A stretch of 64,000 nt of DNA from Candidatus Moraniibacteriota bacterium (lineage in GTDB: Bacteria; Patescibacteriota; Minisyncoccia; Moranbacterales; UBA1568): NCBI GenBank assembly GCA_049287005.1, contig JBAQEZ010000003.1, positions 95,493 to 159,492 of the forward strand, written 5' to 3'. The notes beneath the pieces are model-generated. The model ran no database searches and was not told the DNA's origin. It saw nothing but the letters and a program-made list of their open reading frames with translations. Positions 59,601 through 64,000 of the stretch are shown here, piece by piece (position 1 is the stretch's first letter; each line of letters opens with the position of its first letter). The position numbers were made by a program, and so were the translations under genes.

Positions 59601-60289
59601 ACGGCAACCTCTATTCCTCTTCCGACTACACTTTCGAACCGAAATCTCCTCCGCAGATCCAGAACGTCGCGAGCAAGGTGCTGTCCGACAACGAGGTACA
59701 GGTGGATTTCACGACCAGCGCTCCGACGGATGCCCTGGTAGTCTTCACCAACACGAAGGACGAAAAAGATACCGGGAGCCAAGGCAAGCCGGATCTCAGC
59801 ACCTCTCACAGCCTCATTCTCAAAGGACTGCAGGCGGGAGCCACGTACTCCGGCAAGGTGGTGGCGCACGATGAGGCGGGCAACGAAGTGACGGAAATCG
59901 TCAAGAACTTCACCCTGAGCCAAGACGATACCTCTCCGACAATCGATCAGTTGAAAACCGACATGGCTCTGGCTCAAGATGGGAAGGTTCAGGCCATCAT
60001 CTCCTGGTATACCGATGAGCCGACCACCACCGTCGTGACCTACAAAGAAGGCTCGGGAGGGGACGAAAGGATGCTCAACGTCAAGGATGACTATTCCGCG
60101 GCGCACATCGCCATCATCACCACATTCAAGGTCGGTTCCGTGTATTTCCTCAAAGCCCACTCCGTTGACAAAGCAGGTAACGAAACCGTCTCGAGAGAAC
60201 GGATGATCCTCACTCCTCAGCTGAGCGAGAATGTGGTGCAGATGATCATCGGCAATTTCAAGGACATTTTCAGTTGGGCGAAATTGTAG
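53645..60289 (+). CDS. giant (2214 aa) cell-surface protein: N-terminal signal-anchor, ~25 YVTN-type beta-propeller blades, beta-sandwich region, eight Fn3-like domains
   Basis: Blade repeat GTYTVGT.P.G.AFDSSTNSIWV.N.GSNNV.KL.A..G; Fn3-like repeats P.IS.V....T...ATITW.TDE.S.S.V.YG...YYY.A.S.D. The start codon is uncertain (GTG 53645 or a downstream ATG). Confidence 0.8.
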   Translation: MVLFQWMVVVQTAILSVEKRNSSMQNVLSAHQRRKRYQMKNRRRLGCFDGGAYQSRVSILWRRLRQQYRRWQAEVSAPMAAHILDFFVRTKRPKSFDSVKAKRSISRNKRGRSPFGLASMWYRRYIAFNPVAKVSALLIVMLLSGVYLFPFGTQGATFTFVQTSWLGGATANPATHASNQTGWTEYASKDTNVSAVNGGADVTLTSTNYAFTDDGTTDVSPTGGVATSGGGFGNGTNASTTVTGSGTGASVGLAGSVTAFDTRDDYTVGTNPQFAAFDSSTNSVWVSNYASGNVTKLNPATGAVIGTYTVGTNPVGVLFDPSTNSIWVANNGSDTITKLNASTGAPTGTYNTGTHPRTLAFDSSTNSIWVSQEGAYVSGSVAKFNASTGALLGTYPTSAYPGNIAYDDFTNSIWQASGGDSKLYKLNAATGALTASSTSGMGSSLTYDSYTHSIWLGRFGYSDPEIKKFDVTTGANTATVYIASVNDTGYVNFDPATNTILVTGTSNNTVTRFDVSTGATLGVYSTGTTPQSAIADPSTNSIWVTNYGTNTVSKISGLTGSTSANYTVGTTPQNAVFDPSTNSVWVANYGSNNVKKLNASTGAVTGTYTVGTSPYAIAFDSSTNSVWVTNSGSSNVKKLSAADGTVTGTYTASTSPRGIAFDSSTNSIWVSNFTSNNVTKLSAADGSYIGTYPVATGGNPLGVAFDSSTNSIWIANSATANVTKLTAATGALVGTYAAGTTPTRLAFDSSTNSIWVTNSGSNNVKKLSAADGSVTGTYTVTSASGIAIDPTTSSVWVSSGGASNTLVTKLNLATGATIKTYTVGTQPSGVTFDSFTNSIWVANYSTNNITKIVTGTTTYSTPGTFTSAVIDLGTGVGFGTMSWTATLNSQTLTMKARSSATVDFSGATAWASCTDITSGAALSTGGCITDGHRYIQYQAAFSTADTAITPALNSVSIAYGQYGSGTLTSSIYNSSSAANLLSRLTWTATGTSGMETVQFQVRSAATSEGVAGATWCGYENCSGTSYFDAAESGVTLSPSHPLMIGTDDQYFQYKVILSGGAVTPVLNSVTVQYVVNAAPNLDTSFGTNGITVAQISDFSDPDWGKVRITYQVRDVDTGDGTNTPGSVTPSFAYDTGSGFTTITAPSIAAGSLTSKAVDASSYTQYEAIWDAQTDIPDTFAAALQVRVTVNDNEAANNTATATDTLAFDSKDPVLGGAPIIVDASTVPAAATFSVTDDSSLQMKVSLNADLAGASWETYSVSKTMALVTNPDTVYAQFRDTYGDETAIVSVASTETPTLMIVQDISNPATSEWRLFSSWRAVAEPSAGFASYKLYRSTDNVTFSLITTIFSRVMNYYIDDTAAFDTLYYYKIKMTDSVGNVSWFSSVLQGKANGTQDAGEGGGGTETTAPTISTVASSGVSTTEATITWETDELSTSTVGFSTTQGIFTDEIGVATYTDNAAGSGIHQVVLSGLTPDTTYYYQAKSADPSTNEGIANNGGTGYVFTTLPGPAISGVAISSAANTQATITWNTDIASTSTVVYSASVSGGALVTPTEVGSSTPVTVHSVLLSALTQGTTYYFSVKSQHGSDIAQDTNAGSFYQFTTTSDATSPIISSLAASVITYDRAALTWKTDEQGSGQIRYATVSGGPYTQTTETATYGQDHFVILPSLITDTLYYFKAYSRDLSGNATLSPENSFTTLQDPSYQHDPLSSITSVSASLVTDTNAVISLTTDQPALCTIEYGTAPGSYTATPVTETLENKRHAITLPSLLFSTTYYYQATCIDNLDTSVESDEESFATTVEQVDTGSEGGDIVAPAISSVSVGTVTGENATITWTTDEDANGYVRYGITTDYGSMAGDDLVNAAISTYATEHTVILRDLIPSTKYYYTVLSSDAAGNLTTSSDSSFTTASPSTISSINILSTKIGEATLTWKTSSAMTSIVEYGLTETYGDKQESGTSTETHSLTVAKLQSNQLYHFRVKGKDKDGNLYSSSDYTFEPKSPPQIQNVASKVLSDNEVQVDFTTSAPTDALVVFTNTKDEKDTGSQGKPDLSTSHSLILKGLQAGATYSGKVVAHDEAGNEVTEIVKNFTLSQDDTSPTIDQLKTDMALAQDGKVQAIISWYTDEPTTTVVTYKEGSGGDERMLNVKDDYSAAHIAIITTFKVGSVYFLKAHSVDKAGNETVSRERMILTPQLSENVVQMIIGNFKDIFSWAKL
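54430..56210 (+). repeat. intragenic tandem ~120-bp repeats encoding beta-propeller blades
   Basis: Recurrent ttcgactc(c/g)tccaccaactc(c/t)atctgggt at the DNA level. Confidence 0.7.
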
Positions 60290-60295
60290 ATGAGG
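60218..60295 (+). repeat. 3'-terminal 78 bp of the giant gene (copy B of the flanking direct repeat)
   Basis: See 53453..53529. Confidence 0.85.
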
Positions 60296-60347
60296 GGTAT
60301 ACTACAATACGAAATGCAGATCAGTAATTCTTCAGCATGCTAACGCA

Positions 60348-61652
60348 ATGAATGGTCCATTGTTGCACGTCGAAAATTTGAACGTTACCTATAACGAGGG
60401 AAAGCAGAATGAGATGCGTTCGTTGCAGGACATCAGTTTGGACATCTATCCGGAAGAATATGTGATCGTCTTCGGACCGTCGGGATGTGGAAAATCGACG
60501 CTGCTGTATTCGCTGGCTGCACTGCAAGCGCCGACTTCCGGCGAAATCTTCTTCAATGGGCAGGCCTTTTCCCAGATGAGCAAGAAAGACAAGCTGCTCT
60601 ATCATCAATTGGGTATGGGCATCATCTTTCAGGCATTCTTTCTCATCCCTTCTCTGACTATCATCGACAATATCTGCCTCCCGAAACTTTTCAGGAACGA
60701 AGATAAGCAAGCGCGCCGCGAAGAAGGGATGCAGCTTTTGAAACGCTTCGGTATTTTGGAACAGGCCTTCAAATTCCCGAGCGAACTGTCCGGCGGGCAG
60801 AAACAAAGAGCCTCCATTGCCCGCTCGATGATCAATAAGCCGGATATTATCTTTGCTGATGAGCCGGTAGGAAACCTCGACAGCGCATCCGCTACCAACG
60901 TGTTGGAAATTTTGAAAGAGCTGAATGAGGTTGACAAGAAAACGATTATTCTGGTGACTCATGAACAGAATCATCTGCAATACGGCGACCGCAATCTCTT
61001 TATGAAAGACGGACGGCTGGTAAAGGAAGAGGTGCGCAAAGAGAAACGGGCCTTCGGAGGATCTCTATCGAAGCCGGCAGAGGAAGCCGCAGAGCGTTTG
61101 CCCGAACTGGAGATGTTGCTCCGTTCATTCCGTGGTATGCCGGAGGAGCAAGCGTCAGTGTTGCTCCTGCCGTATAAGATCAAGCAGCTGATGTTCCATA
61201 TTTTTTCGGAAATCACCGAAGAGCAAGTCAGGATTACGGAGGGATTTCTCCGGGATTATTTTTTCAATACCTTGGACAAGGAGCAGCTGGCAGGGGTATT
61301 GGATGCTGGTTTCGCTCAGGGGGGGGCGAACTGGAACACTCGCCGGGCTCTCTCTTTTTCCAATCGTGTGAATGAGCTTGTTGTTCAGGCAAAAAAGATC
61401 AAAGAGTCGCCTCAAACAGCGTCGAGTACGCTCAGCGCCTATCTTGTCCAGGCTTTCTCTTTGCGTCTGAACGAGGAACAATCCGCGCGTTTCGAAGCTC
61501 TTTTGAAAGAGCGTCTCGATAACGCAACGGATTGCGCCGGGCTGGGTCATTTGCTGGACATCCCATGGGAACAGGAGGGATTGGGGCTCCATAAATTCAC
61601 CGCCGAAAGAATCGCTCGGGAAGTAGAACTGATTCTCTTGCTTAAATACTAA
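60348..61652 (+). CDS. ABC transporter ATP-binding protein (MacB/LolD/FtsE-like) with ~200-aa C-terminal extension
   Basis: Walker A GPSGCGKST, signature LSGGQKQR, Walker B IIFADEP, H-loop; the extra C-terminal domain is unrecognised. Confidence 0.85.
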   Translation: MNGPLLHVENLNVTYNEGKQNEMRSLQDISLDIYPEEYVIVFGPSGCGKSTLLYSLAALQAPTSGEIFFNGQAFSQMSKKDKLLYHQLGMGIIFQAFFLIPSLTIIDNICLPKLFRNEDKQARREEGMQLLKRFGILEQAFKFPSELSGGQKQRASIARSMINKPDIIFADEPVGNLDSASATNVLEILKELNEVDKKTIILVTHEQNHLQYGDRNLFMKDGRLVKEEVRKEKRAFGGSLSKPAEEAAERLPELEMLLRSFRGMPEEQASVLLLPYKIKQLMFHIFSEITEEQVRITEGFLRDYFFNTLDKEQLAGVLDAGFAQGGANWNTRRALSFSNRVNELVVQAKKIKESPQTASSTLSAYLVQAFSLRLNEEQSARFEALLKERLDNATDCAGLGHLLDIPWEQEGLGLHKFTAERIAREVELILLLKY

Positions 61653-61667
61653 GGCGACAATAGATCT

Positions 61668-62867
61668 ATGAAGCTTTCCGATGCATTCAGCCTTTCCACG
61701 CGCATGTTCAAGGCTCGCAAGATGAGAACCGCTCTCACTATTTTGGGTATGAGCGTGGGTATCGGCGCGGTTCTTTTCCTGGTCTCTTTGGGCTATGGTC
61801 TCCAGAAAGCATTGCTCGATCGCATCACGACAGCTGATTCTCTTGTCACGCTCGATGTCACGGAAGCCAACGCTGCCCTGGTGCCGATCAATCGGGATAT
61901 GGTAGGAAGAATCCGCTCTTTGGAAGGAGTGACTGAGGTGAGCCCCGCTTCTCGATTGACTGCTCAGGGGATGCTTGGTGATATATCGCTGGATTTGGCC
62001 GTTGTCGCGACGAATCCAAATTTTATGAAATTGAGTGGCTTCCGTCTTGACAGAGGATCAATGATGAACGATGCCGACCCTTACGGCATCCTGATTTCTT
62101 CCGCGCTGGCCAAAGTACTCGAAAAGGATGGAGAGACTATTTTGGAAAAGTCGATCGAGCTTACTTTTTTTGTGCCGCGCGTGGACAAAGAAAGCACCCA
62201 AGAAAAATTGGACAAAATAGGCTCAGAGCAAGGATACAAGGTTATCGGCATCCTTCCGAGTGAGGAGAATATCATTTTCGTCCATGCCACTTCTCTGCCC
62301 GCCGACGCCATCGATCATTATTCCCAACTGAAAGTGAAATGCCAGTCGAGCGCGACTATGCAGGCAGTACGCGATAAGATCATGGAGGAGGGACTCTTGG
62401 TATCATCGCTTTCGGATACAGTGGATCAGGCGAACAAGATTTTTTCCATCGTGCAGATCGTACTCATGAGCTTCGGTGTTGTCGCTCTGGTCGTTTCCGC
62501 TATCGGTATGTTCAATACCATGACCATCACGCTGATGGAGCGCACCGAGGAGATCGGCATCATGAAATCGATCGGAGCTTCCGACGGAAGCATCTCCACA
62601 CTGTTCTTGTGGGAATCGGTCATCATGGGGCTCCTCGGCGGTTTGGGTGGGGTAGCCCTCGGGCTCATCGGCGGGCACGGGCTGAATATAGCCATCAATT
62701 TTTTGGCGGTGCGGCTCGGTGGAACATCGGTCAATCTTTTCTATACGCCGAACTGGTTCATTCTTCTGATCGTCGTCTTCGCTGCTTTTGTCGGTTTTTT
62801 GACGGCAATCGTCCCGGCCAGACGGGCGAGTCAGATAGATCCGTTGGATGCCTTGCGTTACAAGTAG
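61668..62867 (+). CDS. ABC transporter permease, FtsX/MacB-like
   Basis: N-terminal TM, large extracytoplasmic domain, and a C-terminal FtsX domain with three TM (…GIMKSIGASDGSI…). Confidence 0.8.
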   Translation: MKLSDAFSLSTRMFKARKMRTALTILGMSVGIGAVLFLVSLGYGLQKALLDRITTADSLVTLDVTEANAALVPINRDMVGRIRSLEGVTEVSPASRLTAQGMLGDISLDLAVVATNPNFMKLSGFRLDRGSMMNDADPYGILISSALAKVLEKDGETILEKSIELTFFVPRVDKESTQEKLDKIGSEQGYKVIGILPSEENIIFVHATSLPADAIDHYSQLKVKCQSSATMQAVRDKIMEEGLLVSSLSDTVDQANKIFSIVQIVLMSFGVVALVVSAIGMFNTMTITLMERTEEIGIMKSIGASDGSISTLFLWESVIMGLLGGLGGVALGLIGGHGLNIAINFLAVRLGGTSVNLFYTPNWFILLIVVFAAFVGFLTAIVPARRASQIDPLDALRYK

Positions 62868-62950
62868 GCCGGACTTACGGACAACACTTTTTGGTTGCTT
62901 TTATCTCCCAACCTTGGTAGCATGGTTTTTCCCTGCCGCTTATCTGAAAT

Positions 62951-63751
62951 ATGAGAAACATGCTCGTAAAACCGAAAAAATCATTGGGGCAGAATTTTCT
63001 TCAGGATGCGGAAGTCATCGAGGGTATTTTCGAGGCGGCGGCAGTAGAGAAGACGGACTGGGTGTTTGAAATCGGCCCAGGAACAGGGCTCCTGACCGTA
63101 CGGCTGGCGGAGCAGGTGGAAAAAGTGCTGGCCATCGAACTAGATCATGAACTCGTAACGCGTTTGCAGAAACAGTTTGTCGATTCGAGGAGCGTCTCGA
63201 TTCTGGAAGGGAATATTCTGGATGTAGATTTGAAAGAACTGCTCGATGCATCAGGATTCGCTGCCCATTCCTATAAAATTATTGCCAACATTCCGTATTA
63301 CATCACTGCGCCCATCATCAAAACGCTCCTCTCGCTCAAACATCAGCCAGAGACGATGACACTCATGGTGCAGGATGAAGTGGCGGATCGTTTGGCGGCG
63401 CGACCGGGGAGTATGTCTCTTCTTTCTCTCATGGCGCAATACTATGCGACTGTCGAGAAGAAATTCTTCGTTCCGAAAGAAGCGTTTGAACCTGTGCCGA
63501 AAGTGAACAGCGCGGTGATTCAGATTATTCCGAGGAGAGCCTATGATCCCGAAGAGGATCGGAAAGTATTCCGTCTGGCGCGAGCCGGATTCGCTGCGCG
63601 GAGAAAAACATTGGCCAATAATCTTTCCTCCAGTCTATCTCTCTCGAAAGAGGATGTGGAAGAAAAATTGAAATCACTTGGTCTGCGTCCGGATATCCGG
63701 GCACAGGCACTTTCTATCGAAGATTGGGAACGTCTAGGGGAGATCTTTTAG
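62951..63751 (+). CDS. ksgA: 16S rRNA (adenine1518/1519-N6)-dimethyltransferase
   Basis: LGQNFLQD and EIGPGTGLLT SAM-binding motifs; NIPY motif. Confidence 0.85.
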   Translation: MRNMLVKPKKSLGQNFLQDAEVIEGIFEAAAVEKTDWVFEIGPGTGLLTVRLAEQVEKVLAIELDHELVTRLQKQFVDSRSVSILEGNILDVDLKELLDASGFAAHSYKIIANIPYYITAPIIKTLLSLKHQPETMTLMVQDEVADRLAARPGSMSLLSLMAQYYATVEKKFFVPKEAFEPVPKVNSAVIQIIPRRAYDPEEDRKVFRLARAGFAARRKTLANNLSSSLSLSKEDVEEKLKSLGLRPDIRAQALSIEDWERLGEIF

Positions 63752-64000
63752 AAGAGAAGAAGAGCGATCACGCCTCCATAGGCGGCAGTGATAGCGAGAA
63801 TAATACGAGGGAGTTTGCGGAAAGCGAAGAAGGACCTCTCATTGTCGTTTCCTTCTTGCATGCTCCAGAATGTCAGACTACCGAAAAAGAGTGCGGGCAA
63901 AAAAAGAAAGCGAGCGTTCAGAACGAGCGGACTGATTACATAGAGGAGAAGGAGAAGACTGCCGATGAGAAGCTTGGCTTTATCTCTGCCAAGGAGAACT
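63748..64000 (-). CDS. hypothetical membrane protein, C-terminal part only (gene continues beyond window end)
   Basis: Manual translation gives an open frame over the last 253 nt ending ...FRKLPRIILAITAAYGGVIALLLF*; its stop overlaps the ksgA stop by 4 nt. Confidence 0.4.
   Translation of the reverse strand, partial: VLLGRDKAKLLIGSLLLLLYVISPLVLNARFLFLPALFFGSLTFWSMQEGNDNERSFFAFRKLPRIILAITAAYGGVIALLLF

Overview
This 64-kb chromosomal segment looks most like a small-genome Patescibacteria/CPR-type bacterium. That is an inference from gene content: a tilS-gmk-ftsH block, a 2214-aa beta-propeller/Fn3 surface protein, and many secreted hypotheticals. The backbone (~50-55% GC by eye) carries housekeeping genes (rbfA, nrnA, family-4 UDG, ftsH, tilS, gmk, rpsA, gyrA, ispG, rpsO, pnp, lspA, ksgA) and five tRNAs (Cys, Leu, Arg, Ala, Val).

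Two AT-rich, horizontally acquired islands interrupt this backbone:
- Island 1 (1..~9560) runs off the window start. It carries a primase-type CHC2 zinc-finger protein plus a P-loop ATPase, an ImmA/XRE immunity pair embedded in a ~150-bp repeat family, and an 823-aa DUF4238-like/SEC-C protein with a membrane-protein partner. The cassettes are delimited by a 16-bp direct repeat.
- Island 2 (~40660..51466) is a ~10.8-kb element with a large serine recombinase at one end, a Dam-class MTase with two candidate nuclease partners, several unknown operons and a terS-like gene at the other end. It is inserted into comM and splits it into two fragments.

Other notable features:
- A WaaL-like membrane protein gene carries 17 in-frame copies of the perfect 16-bp palindrome TGTTCCACGTGGAACA.
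- The giant surface-protein gene is flanked by 78-bp direct repeats and followed by a MacB/FtsX-type ABC pair.
- There is a promoter-to-terminator structured ~300-nt region with no convincing ORF, and a ~750-nt structured intergenic region.
- The gmk Walker-A lysine is replaced by Glu.

No CRISPR array and no rRNA were seen.
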